Source: Octopus sinensis (taxonomy: Eukaryota). Taken from it: a stretch of DNA of 64,000 nt. Position 1 is the first letter of the stretch. Each line of letters starts with the position of its first letter. This document shows, piece by piece, positions 51,307 to 63,383 of the stretch. The stretch spans positions 169,632,001 through 169,696,000 of the forward strand of contig NC_042998.1 in assembly GCF_006345805.1 (NCBI RefSeq), written 5' to 3'. Made by a program: the position numbers and the translations under genes. A model generated the notes under the pieces. That model was given only the letters and a program-made list of their open reading frames with translations. It ran no database searches and was not told where the DNA came from.

Positions 51307-51339
51307 GTTGTGAAGATATTTTTCAGCTTTAATAAAAAG

Positions 51340-51590
51340 TATGTGTGTGTGTTACTGTCTCTTTGCTTTGGCATCATGTGATAGTTGTAAATGAGTGTCA
51401 CCAAAATAGTAGTGGTCCCTTTTATTTCCATTATTCTGTGAAAACATATCTGGTCATGGGGAAGCATTACCTTACTTGGAAACAGGTGAGGGTTGGTAAT
51501 AGGAAGGGCATCCAGCCATAGAAAATCTGCCTCAGTAAAATTTCATGTGACCCATGCAAGCATGGAAAAGTGTAAGTCAAAATGATGATG
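51340..51590 (+). mobile_element. Short element (family F) sharing the RTE family-E 3' terminus
   Basis: Unique 5' body, then GGTTGGTAATAGGAAGGGCATCCAGC..CCATGCAAGCATGGAAAAG..ATGATGATG; relatives at ~18880-19060, ~27070-27295 and ~50730-50812. Confidence 0.6.
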
Positions 51591-52804
51591 GCACATATAA
51601 ACTTATTTGGATGTTATAAGAATTATTAAAGTTTTGTTTATTTGGCTTTTGAAAATACTATTTAGAATTAATAGAGGTTCATATTTATGGTGTAGTCACA
51701 GTAAACAATAAAATAACTATCAGTCTTTTTTTCTGATTTGTGTATTGACAAGTCTGGCTGTTATTTTTAGCAGAATGAGTGACAATATAGTGGTTTTCCC
51801 TCATAGGCTCTTTGAAATTTTTGTAATCAGGTTAAAAAGGCTGCTTATTATGTTTTTATACAAAGATCCTTTTGACATTTAATTTCAGTTTACCATAACC
51901 ATGTAATTTCAGGATCAGTCCCACTATGCAGCACCTTAGGCAAGAGTCTTGTACTATAGTCTCAGGTCAACCAATTCCTTGTGAGTGAATTTAGTTGACA
52001 AAACTAGATGCTATGAGGAAGCTCATTGTGTGTGTGTGTTTGTGCTTGTCCCTCTGCCACTGTTTGACAATTGGTGTTGGGTTGGTTATGTCCCCATAAC
52101 TTAGAATAAGTACAAAACTTTAAAAATAAGTATCAGAATCAATTTATTTGATTAATCCTTTCAAGACAGTGATCCATCATGGTTGCAGTGTGTGTGTATG
52201 TATACATATGTGTATGTGTTTGTGTTTGTCCCATTTCTTGACTATTGGTGTTGGTTTGTTTATGTCCCCATAACTTAGAATAGGTAGAAAAGTTAAAAGA
52301 TAAGTACCTTCAAAACAGGGATCCAGCATGGTTACAGTCTGATGACAAAACTAGTAAAAGGTAAAAACTAAATCAGTGTGATGACCATATCAGAATGGCT
52401 TTCTCATTTTTCTCCTACATTTGAGGCCTTATGGCTAGGTTGGTCATATGATTTGGATGCCAGATAACTGGCTCCCAAAGATGGTCCTCTTCAAGGAAAT
52501 CAAGACTGGAAGTAGGCCTCATGGATGTCCAAAACTTCGTTTCCATGATCATCTCAAGTGATCTCTCATTTTATACAATATCCCCCCCACTAAGCTGGAT
52601 CTCCTAGCTGTTAATTAGAAGGCATGGAAGTCCATATGTGATGCTAGAGTAAAGTGCTTTGAAACCCAATGCAAGAGACGTCAAGAAGAGAGGAGACACT
52701 GTCATTAACCCTCTGCAGCTGTTGTTTCAGTGTCCTCAGTGCCACAGGTTCTGTATCTCTTGTATTGCTCTTGTCAGCCACATCTGCTCTCATGAGAAAC
52801 AATA

Positions 52805-53045
52805 TGCTGGAGGAAAGCAGTGAGCTGGCAGAAACATTAGCACGCTGTGCAAAATGCTTAGCAGTATTTCAGCTGTCTTTACGTTCTGAGTTCAAATTCC
52901 GCTGAGGTCGACTTTGCCTTTCATCCTTTTGGGGTCGATAAATATAGTACCAGTTACGCACTTGGGTCGATGTAATCGACTTAATCCCTTTGTCTGTCCT
53001 TGTTTGTCCCCTCTGTGTTTAGCTCCTTGTGGGCAATAAAGAAAA
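52805..53045 (+). mobile_element. Family-B SINE variant
   Basis: GCAGTGAGCTGGCAGAAAC..CTGAGTTCAAATTCCGCTGAGGTCGACTTTGCCTTTCATCC..GTGGGCAATAAAG. Confidence 0.85.
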
Positions 53046-53809
53046 AAGAAAAAAGAAAGAAAAAAAGAAACAATATGCTGGAGGTAGAGGAGGATGAACG
53101 ACTTGGATCAACACTGTCATCACCTTTGATGAGCTGTTATGAGCAAGCAAGCTTGTGGCTGATATTTGAAATCTTTTATAAACAACTTATTTTGTGACCA
53201 AATATATATGCTATGGTGCTATCTCCATGTGCTTTGAGTGTTCAAATCAACAGTAGAATTCTTGTTGTTTCTCTGAGCAAGATAACTTTATTTTGCAGTT
53301 ATTGACTGAAATATTGATTTCAAATTTTGGCATGAGACCAGCAATTTTGGGGAAGGATCTAAGTCAGTGACATCAACCCCAGTGCTCAACTCCAAAAGGA
53401 TGAAAAGCAAAGTTAACCTCAGCAGAATTTGAACTCCGAACATAAAGATGGGTGAAATGCCACTAAACATTTTTCTAAGCATCCTAACAATTCTGTCAGC
53501 TTGCCACCTTCATTGACTGAAATATTAAGAATAGTTACTAGAACTGAAAGCTATTTGCAACTGCTAGTGAGAATGGTTATCTGTTTAAATGAAGAGCAGT
53601 AATGACACCAAGACAGTTCTCTGAGTGACTACACTCAGAATAAGTTTCTTGTGTGGAAACTCATTAGCTGCAACTGTCTGACTTCTACTGTTACAAAAAT
53701 CATGCGACCACTTCCCTAATTTACCAGTTGTGCTAAGATCATGTAGTTTGTGATTAACTTTACTGAAGATCTTCATAAAATTTCAATAAAATCATATTCA
53801 CATTTGCAA

Positions 53810-54278
53810 ATTCGATGACTGGCACCTATGCCAGTGGAGTGCTAAGAACAACATCTGTGCATGATTGCTGTCAGAGCAGCCGTCTGGCTTCCATGCCAGT
53901 GGCATGTAAAAAGCACCATTCAAATATGATTGTTACCAGCGTCGCCTCACTAGCACTGGTGCCAGCGGCACGTGAAAAACATTTCAGCGAGGTGGTTGCT
54001 AGTGCCGCTGGACTGGTTCTTGTGCAGGTGGCACATAAAAAACACCACTTGAGTATGGCCGTTGCCAGTACTGCCTGACTGGCCCTTGTGTTGGTGGCAC
54101 TTAAAAGCACCCACTACACTCTTGGAGTGGTTGGCGTTAGGAAGGGCATCCAGCTGTAGAAACTCTGCCAGATCAGACTGGAGCCTGGTGCAGCCATCTG
54201 GTTCGCCAGTCCTCAGTCAAATCGTCCAACCCATGCTAGCATGGAAAGCGAACATTAAACGATGATGATGATGATGAT
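53810..54278 (+). mobile_element. RTE LINE 3' UTR (family E)
   Basis: Four or five AAAAGCACC subrepeats, conserved terminal block, (GAT)n tail. Confidence 0.8.
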
Positions 54279-55269
54279 TTGAATGGTTGAGAATCTGTTT
54301 CAGTATCCAATTGTAATGCTGTACGAGCCGAGTGTCAGTCAATAAACAAACTTATTTTCTTCTAAAGCTCCTCATTCATTTAATGTTACAGAAACTTGGT
54401 ACTAAGCATTAGATGTATTAGGTACTGAGATTCATGAAACAATTTACTTTGTGTCTGTATTGTGTGTGTGTGTGTGTGTGTGTGTGTAAGGGGTGTTATT
54501 AATTCTAACTATTTGAGCACTGATATTCACTTTAACTAATTTCTCATATAATTTCACAATTTGGCAGCTTCTCCATTTATTAATTTCAAGAGGTACCGGA
54601 AATATATAGAATAATTACTAATTACTGTCTGCAATATCCATAAACAAACAAGCAGGAAAGACTACAGACATTGCTTCTCTATAATTAGACATGATACATT
54701 TTTTAATCAATTGTTGTATGTCATTATCTTTTATAGTTATTGTTTTTATTATATTTCAAAATTCTATTTTTGCAGTTGTTCTTCCTGTTGTTATATTAAT
54801 AGTTTATCTTATAAAAATACCAGACGTTGATTTCCTTGAAAATCTGTAGTATTATTGTCCTTTCTTTAGTGTCTAATAAAACAAAGTTATTCACTACAGC
54901 ATATTATGAAATGTTTCATATATGTATGTTCAACTCATTCTAGCATTGAACATAGACATTAACTGATGTTTGTTTGTTTGTATTTATGTGTGTGTGTGTG
55001 TATTTATGTTTGTATTTACAGTATAATGCATTTGCAGTGCTGTCATTCTAAAATTTCCACATTTAAATGTCATATCGAAATGTTAGTGCATGATTTCAAA
55101 TACCACCAAAGATAGAATAACAATTTAAATAATTATTTCACATTGAAATTTGTTTATTATTCTAAAATATTCAGGTTTATTTGCTCTATAAATTGGATTT
55201 AATTTTAACAGTGGTTGAATATATTTAAAATATATAAAATCAACAGCTCACTTCATAGAGCAGAATACC

Positions 55270-56674
55270 AGAATATTTTAAAAGTGTGATCAAATTTAAA
55301 TGTGAAACAATGAAAGAATAAATTATTTACTATGGTATTTGCAACCATGTACCAACTTTTCAAAGATATGATCTTTTTAAAGGAGGAATTTTAGTATCAT
55401 ATTTAATCTCAAACAGCTTGTGCACAATGTTCATAGTCTGACTTCATTCAAGTTACTTGATATGTCTGTACAAGACTCCATGAAGTTTGCCAGAGAATAT
55501 TCCTCTTGGGAGATATTGCAAATTGAAAAAGTATCTTGAAAGATGCTTGCAGTCTTGTACTCTCTAAAAGAAGGGGTGCCTTTGTGCTATTTATTTTCTG
55601 TGCCTGGAACCCTCTGGAACTTTGTCTTTATCACCAGGATAGCGTGACAGAAGACTAACAGCATCAAGCATTACAATAGTAATGTGCTGAGCTTAATTGG
55701 AAACACTTACAGTCCTTGGCTGGCAAATATCTTGAACAGTAAGGACTGGCAGCTCCAGTATGAATTGCAGCTGCAGTTTTCAGATGAGAGATTCTTCAGG
55801 CAACCAGCTATGACATCCAAGAACCTGAACAGTGTGGCTATCAAAATTAATCACTGCTGGTTCTGGATAAAAGAATGCTTATACACAGATCAAACTAGTG
55901 GTGACATCTGACTCAAAAGGAAAAACTTTCTTTGATGCTTCTCATGGCACAAGCAAAACTTTTTTGACCAACCTAATTTTGGTAAAAAGTTTGTTCACTT
56001 CAGTAGATTGCTATTGTAGTGATTTCATCTGGAAATGCTGTAGTTCGGTTCACAGATGAGACTGTTTATTCTACTTTTAAACAACCACTCAACCTTATAC
56101 ATAATGTCTATCCTGTGTCCAGCATTGGCAAAGGATCTGGAGAAGCAAAGATTCTGGAGCAGGCCAAGCTAAAAGTATGAAATGAGTGCACAATGTCCCA
56201 CAAACTTCTATTTGAAGCTTTTGATCATGTTAGAAGTTCTCAGAAGTAACACCAATATCATAGGTGGAGTTGCAGTCTTGCTCTGATGATTTCAAACAAA
56301 CTGCCAGTCTTCCAAAAAGGTATGCTTGTTGATGTGTTGAAAGCATGCCTCAAAGAACCCTGATTTTGGAAATGACAGAAAAAAAAAACTTCATCTTACT
56401 ACCAACACAAAAGATGCACATAGCAGTGATGTCTTGGCAGCTTAATTTGCAAAAGTTTTCTTTCACATGGGAAATATGGTTAGCTATCCATTGACATGAC
56501 TGGAGATGACACAATACAAAAAAAAATAGGCATAGGAGTGGCTGTGTGGTAAGTAGCTTGCTTACCAACCACATGGTTCTGGGAACTTGGGAAAGTGTCT
56601 TCTACTATAGCCTTGGGCCGACCAAAGCCTTGTGAGTGGATTTGGTAGACGGAAACTGAAAGAAGCCCGATGTA

Positions 56675-56705
<31 letters not shown>

Positions 56706-57330
56706 GTTTGTGTGTCTGTGTTTGTCCCCCCAACATCACTTGACAACCGATGGTGGTGTGTTTACGCCCTTGTATCTTAGTGGTTCAGCAAGAGACCAAC
56801 AGAATAAGTACTAGGCTTCCAAAGAATAATAAGTCTGGGGGTCGAGTTGCTCGACTAAAGGCGGTGCTCCAGCATGGCCACAGTCAAATGACTGAAACAA
56901 ATAAAAGAGTCAACATATTTCACAAAATGCTGAGAGTTTTTGCCAGCCTCTAATAGAGTTATAGAAACTATGCCTTGCTTTTTGAATGTACCATTCTTGC
57001 TAACAAAGATGACTGTGTTCAGGATATTATTGGCACCTTCATGTAAATAATACCAGCTCAATCCAGATGGAATAAGTTAGTTCATTCTGTAGTTGATGTT
57101 AACAATGCTGCCAACTATCCAATTTACAACTTCAGTTTCTAGTGACATTGTTTTTTTTCTATGTCCATCAGCAAGTCTTAGGAATCTGTTGGGGGTTGCT
57201 TAAGTTGAACAAGTCTAGGTTTTTTCACGGTCAGTTTTATGGTGCATGCTCATGTGTTGAGCTAAATAAACGTCTTTTTATCAAAGCACTAATCAGCAAA
57301 ATATAAACAGTTGTCCACCCCAGATCTCTT
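55270..57330 (+). mobile_element. Degenerate Helitron Rep/helicase (PIF1-type) remnant, interrupted by a family-A SINE
   Basis: Motifs in the expected order: FFDASHGTSKTFLTNLIL (Walker A, 55928), IAIVVISSGNA..STFKQPLNL, NECTMSHK, IGGVAVLL*DFKQT, ECTILANKDDCV, NAANYP, SMSISKS, HGQFYGACS. Confidence 0.85.
56530..56909 (+). mobile_element. Family-A SINE
   Basis: Both halves match; small internal deletion in the head. Confidence 0.88.
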
Positions 57331-57636
57331 GTTGCGTAAAACACACTTGTTTTATGAGTTTGGAATACAAGAAACTATATAAGGTAAAATGTAAGTTCCT
57401 AAGTTACAAAAATGAAGCAGTCTCAAAAGCTTCATACATAAAAAACTGGAAAAATTCAACTTTAGACCTACATCTGCATTACAATAAAAATATAGGCAAA
57501 TATAATTTCAAGCAAAAGCTCTAGATTAAAACTTGCTAATTAAACATGAAAAGGGTTCACCATTTTTGAGTATTCATACTATGCCAAGCGCTTCTATTTG
57601 TGTGTGACTGAAATAATGCAATTTTAAAATTATATA

Positions 57637-57834
57637 TCATCATCATCATCATCATCATCGTTTAACGTCCGTTCTCCATGCTAGCATGGGTTGGACGGTT
57701 CAACTGGGGTCTGGGAAGCCAGAAGGCTGCACCAGGCTCCAGTCTTATCTGGCAATGTTTCTACAGCTGGATGCCCTTCCTAACGCCAACCACTCCGTGA
57801 GTGTAGTGGGTGCTTATTACGTGCCACCTGCACA
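57637..57834 (-). mobile_element. RTE LINE 3' end (family E)
   Basis: (CAT)n then CGTTTAACGTCCGTTCTCCATGCTAGCATGG. Confidence 0.85.
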
Positions 57835-58787
57835 AAGTAAGATAGGGGTTATGAAAGTAACCCACTATGGGATATCAGTTATTCAATATACTGCTGGTAA
57901 AGTACCCAAATACTAAATACTATTAATTGCAATGCTCTTAATTCATTTATTGTATTGAATGGGTGAAGGTAAAAAATATTTTTTACCATAAATTCATAAT
58001 ACAAATAAGAAAATGGAGAAACAAATTCCTATCGATTATCAATTTACGGATATTACAATTTCACATTCATCATCATTTAACGTCCGCTTTCTATGCTAGC
58101 ATGGGTTGGACGGTTCAACTGGGGTCTGGGGAGCCCGAAGGCTGCACCAGGCCAGTCAGATCTGGCAGTGTTTCTACAGCTGGATGCCCTTCCTAATGCC
58201 AACCACTCCGAGAGTGTAGTGGGTGATTTTATGTGCCACCGACACAGGTGCCAGACGAGGCTGGCGAACGGCCACGCTCAGATGGTGTTTTTTATGTGCC
58301 ACCGACACAGCACGCTCGGATGGTGTTTTTATGTGCCACCGACACAGGTGCCAGATGAGGCTGGCGAACGGCCATTTATTAATTATACAAATGGGAACAT
58401 CAAAACGATATACATCAATATGTAATATAATAATAATAAATAAAATAATACAAATAAACTGCTCCTTACAGCTGTTTCAGCCTATGGTCAAGAGTCAATT
58501 CAACTTAAATTGCCTATAGATGCCATTGTAATATAGTCCTAGGCATTAAAAATTATATTTGTATGTTTAAATAACCAATAATATAGGCAATTTAAGTTGA
58601 ACTGACTCTTGACCATAGGCTGAAACAGCTGTAAGGAGCAGTTTATTTGTATTATTTTATTTTTTATTATTATATTACATATTGATGTATATTGTTTTGA
58701 TGTTCCCATTTGTATAATTAATAATGTGAAATTGTAATATCCGTAAATTGATAATCGAAAGGAATTTGTTTCTCCATTTTCTTATTT
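57835..58787. mobile_element. Penelope-like pseudo-LTR remnant with a ~200-bp inverted partial duplication
   Basis: 58582-58787 is the reverse complement of 58003-58067 plus 58376-58518; carries a hammerhead 3' half GAAAC AGCT GTA; homologous to 62890-63276. Confidence 0.6.
58068..58375 (-). mobile_element. RTE LINE 3' UTR (family E) inserted in the left arm of the inverted duplication
   Basis: CATCATCATTTAACGTCCGC..ATGTGCCACCGACACAG subrepeats; absent from the right arm. Confidence 0.85.
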
Positions 58788-58858
58788 ATATATTTATATA
58801 TCGGAATATATTAACATTGGCCACCTGTTTCTCTAGGATAGCTTAAGTAATGTAGATA

Positions 58859-58899
58859 CTTCTAATGAGAACTCAATATTGTTCGAAAATCGATTAAAG
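58859..58899 (+). ncRNA. Hammerhead-like motif with a G5A substitution
   Basis: CTT CTAATGA GAAC tcaatatt GTTC GAAA A TCGA TTA AAG; palindromic AATCGATT stem III. Confidence 0.55.
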
Positions 58900-58989
58900 C
58901 TGTTCGTGTTTTTTTTTTTAATTTAAAGAGAAATAATTAAATTTACCCTGTTTATATAGCTACCGCGTATGACACCCACACACACACAG

Positions 58990-59340
58990 CTGTGTGATTA
59001 AGAAATTCATGTAGCAATTCTGTGGTTTTGGGTTCAGCTCCACGACGCAGCATGTCGAACGAGTGTCTTCTACTATTGTCCCGAACAGACCAGTGCTTCG
59101 TGTGTTAATTTGGAGAGCAGATACTGTACGCCCACCCACACACATGGGTTTGTCCGACTCCACCTCCGACGTTTGATGACCAGTATTGCTTCATGTCCCC
59201 CGTATCTTAGCCGTTTCGTAAAGCGCACCAACAGATAAGTATCAGACTTCAATGAAATAAGTAATGCGAGCGATTAGATTGACTAAACCCTTCAAAGTTT
59301 GCCCCAGCGTGGCCGCAATCTAATGGCTTGTTTCAACACG
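58990..59340 (+). mobile_element. Very diverged but CpG-rich family-A SINE
   Basis: GCTGTGTGATTAAG..GGGTTCAG..GAGTGTCTTCTACTAT..GATAAGTA..CCCCAGCGTGGCCGCAATCTAATG. Confidence 0.6.
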
Positions 59341-59534
59341 AAAAAGCATAAAAGAATATGTGTAACATCCTCATTTTTTGTATGACAAACCCTGTGAACT
59401 ACCTCATTTGACTAATATTGGGCGCGGTCTGAGTGTTAACAGCCTGAGTTTAAATCTGCCACCAGGTTGTGAGAAAAACTACTTTTATATCAATTAAATA
59501 AAACTCGAACCGATGTCAACATGTCTTTCCAGCG

Positions 59535-59686
59535 TTACATGTCGTCGAAGCTGGGAACATTACGAAGAAGTCGCCGTAGTGCCTCTTCTCTCACGAGATG
59601 GAGCTCAGGTAGATAGATAAGTTTCTTCGCAAACGTTCTCTCTAAATTTCTAAACTGCCTTTCCCTTGTGAACTTTAAAAATGAGA
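59535..59686 (-). CDS. Possible terminal coding exon (..FLKFTRERQFRNLERTFAKKLIYLPELHLVREEALRRLLRNVPSFDDM*); strand ambiguous
   Basis: 58-codon open minus frame with protein-like composition in non-repetitive CpG-rich DNA; a plus-strand ATG..CAG|GT reading (59521-59608) is also possible. Confidence 0.3.
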
Positions 59687-59814
59687 CTGTCAGGTTTCCG
59701 AGTGTGACATTTTATCTGAGAATGTGACGGTTAGCAAACAATGGGTTTGTCATAACAGAAACGTACTTAATTTTTCATCATATTTAAAACTCTTAAATAT
59801 ACAATTTGTTACAC

Positions 59815-59873
<59 letters not shown>

Positions 59874-60661
59874 TATATATATATTTGTGTGTGTGTGTGT
59901 GTGTATGTATGTAAAAGAGAGCGAGTTCACAAAAGTTTTCAAACAATCATTCAAAATATATCTACAATTGATGTAGACCTCTCACTTAATCTAGCTTCAA
60001 AGTCTTCACTAACACTGGCTTGTACATATGGTTGTTATATAATTAACATTTTAAAAAATTGTTTTCTTTTTATTCAGTTTATACTTAAACGTTACTGGAG
60101 TTCGTATATCAACAGGGTAATATACACACGCACTTTTGAAGCAAAAGAAAACAACTAGCTAAACATAACTTCATATGAAAGGTTGGGGGGGGGGGAATGT
60201 TAATATAAATATAAATCATTTCTAGATTGTCTGGAGAAGATTTTAAATATGATTTTAGGATATTTAGTATCTTTTTCTTTTTTGCTTTTGCCCCCAACCA
60301 CACTGTTATTTTGAAGTTATTACAGGTTATTACCGAAACTTCAATTTTGTAATTTCCGATGTTATTTATTAAATGATTTCTTTTTTCTGGTTTTGATAAT
60401 TGGTCAAAAACTCTCGTATTTAAAGTTTGTTATGAAATTGTAATGGTAACTTAATCTTATGTTAAAATCTTTTGAAAAGTGTTGTTTTATTCGAAATTCC
60501 CGTTTTGCCCTAGTCATTTATTGAAAATCCAATAAACAAGTTCTTTGTGTAAAAGGTTCAATATCATTTGATCTCTGTAGAGACGTTTGAATGTGATGTT
60601 ATGTTATGTTTTTTCTTCCATATGTAGAGTTCTGTATTTTTAATTATCTGTGATGTCTGTG

Positions 60662-61380
<719 letters not shown>

Positions 61381-62427
61381 GAATTTAATTATCTTCTTCA
61401 ACTTAATACCCTAAAGAAAATCTCTCATAACCAGGTGCTGATGCATCCGAATAAATTAATTAAAGATTCAGTTGAATTATTTTATCCCATTTATTTATTT
61501 ATAAATATAAAATAAGATTGCGTGTGAAATACTTTGTACCTTGTTTATTTACTTCGTAAGTAAACTACTTCTGAACGTTTGCTCAACGTGTTGCTACGAA
61601 CGTGGCATCGATCTAGAATAGATCGGGGATTAAGTTAAAAATTTTGAAGAACGAAAGACTGATAATAGGGAAGAAAAAAGGATATGCTGAGAAAGAGAGG
61701 GTGGCAGTTTGAATTAGCAGGGCTTAATAATTTTTAGATGATCAATTTAGAAGATTTCATTATATATAGCAAAGTAACTTCTACATGATTGCACCCAGCA
61801 TTTTATCACAAAATATTGAGAAACGGTTATTAACACAGTTGTTATAGTAACCGTTTAATATCGTTGGATGACCTCATAATATTTATAACTGGCAGCTGTT
61901 GTACTTTCTTTATTGTATTTTATTTATTTTATCGTTGTTTTGATCCAGTAGCTTTGACATATTTATTTATCTTTTTGTAACGACATATTTGAGCATTATT
62001 TGCTTGTTGTTTTGGGGCAAGTGATTAATAGTATTTCTTATTGATCAATGATGCGCATTTTCGCCCTGTTGACGAGAGCAACCAGCTGTTTATCTCAACT
62101 CATTCAACACTTACATCTCTCTCTTTCTCTCCTCTTTCACATACATATGCACACACAAACAGAAGTTCACTTACTAACATTTACTAACACGCTTCACCTA
62201 CTACTTTGTGTTTCTTCCATCGTTTCTACTTCCCATGAACAAGCAAATTATCTGGAAACGGAGGCGTACGCAGTGGGTGGCATTCCTCTACTTCTCAGTT
62301 CACGTCTAACTCCCCTCGTTTTTGTCCCCAACTTCACCCTCATGGTACTCCTTGCACACCGCTACTTACTAAAGCCCAGTTTCCATCACTGATATGATTC
62401 CCTACACAACTTGAAGCACATTTATTC

Positions 62428-62625
62428 TTTTACTTGCTTCACTCGTTTGACTGCGGCCATGCTGGAGCGCCGCCTGAAAGTGTGTTAGTCGAAGAAATCG
62501 ACCCCAGGACTTATTCTTTGTAAGCCTAGTACTTATTTTATCGGTCTCTTTTGCCGAACCACTGAGTTACGGGGACATAAACACACCAGCATCGGTTGTC
62601 AAGCGATGGCGGGGGATAAACACAC
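62428..62625 (-). mobile_element. Family-A SINE 3' half, CpG-intact
   Basis: TTTTACTTGCTTCACTCGTTTGACTGCGGCCATGCTGGAGC..ACCAGCATCGGTTGTCAAGCG. Confidence 0.8.
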
Positions 62626-62671
62626 ACATCAATACTTACACACACACACACACACACGTATTTATATATCC

Positions 62672-62849
62672 ACGATCGTTAGCCACTACACACATTTTTC
62701 TCTCTCCTTGTTTTTTTCTGTGTCCCTTTCTGTAGAAGAGCGTAGGCTCGAAACGTAAAAGACTTTTTTCTAATCCTGAGCGTTATATTAATACATCTGT
62801 TTGTTTTGTACACCACCTGTCTTCGTCTTTTGTTTTTTTCGTAAATTCT

Positions 62850-62853
<4 letters not shown>
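62672..62853 (+). mobile_element. ~180-bp hammerhead-bearing short repeat (relatives at 34415-34545 minus, 37094-37185, 63865-64000)
   Basis: Shared CCTGAGCG..CCACCTG(T/C)CTTCGTCTTTTGT body; flanked by (TA)/(CA) tracts. Confidence 0.7.
62726..62761 (+). ncRNA. Hammerhead-like motif, variant core
   Basis: CTTT CTGTAGA A GAG cgtagg CTC GAAAC GTA AAAG. Confidence 0.55.
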
Positions 62854-62890
<37 letters not shown>

Positions 62891-63256
62891 AATTGAGATA
62901 GGTGTTGTAAATGCAACCCTCCATGGGATAACATATATCCAATATACTGCTACTGAAGTACCCAACAAAGTTAATACATAAATGTTAAGAATTGTGATGC
63001 AATTAATTCATTTACTGTATTATATGGGCAAAGGTAAAATGTTTTACCACAAATTCATAATACAAAATAAGAAAATGGAGAAATACATCCAAATCAAATA
63101 TCAACTACCAGATAATACCCAATCACATACTTTATTAAACCACCACATAAGAAACTTTAAGGTCAAACATAATAATATAGAACACAACAGTGTACATAAA
63201 GGAGTAATATGATACAATAAGTACAATATGTATAAGAGAATATAAATATAAACTAC

Positions 63257-63383
63257 ATCTTACAGCTGTTTCGGCCATGCAGATAAGTATGTCTCATTTT
63301 ACTTATATTAGCCATTTGTGGTAGGTCAATATGTAGTTATAAATGAGACATTTACAAAAATATCCCAAGGCCTCTTCGGAGAT
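63257..63383 (-). ncRNA. Hammerhead-like motif with a 92-nt stem II insert
   Basis: ATCT CCGAAGA GGCC [92 nt] GGCC GAAAC AGCT GTA AGAT. Confidence 0.65.

Noticed and set aside
52712-52745. Minus CTGAGGA cact GAAAC motif; similar CTGAAGA tgt GAAA at ~15808
   Set aside because: No stem II, no NUH triplet and no stem I.
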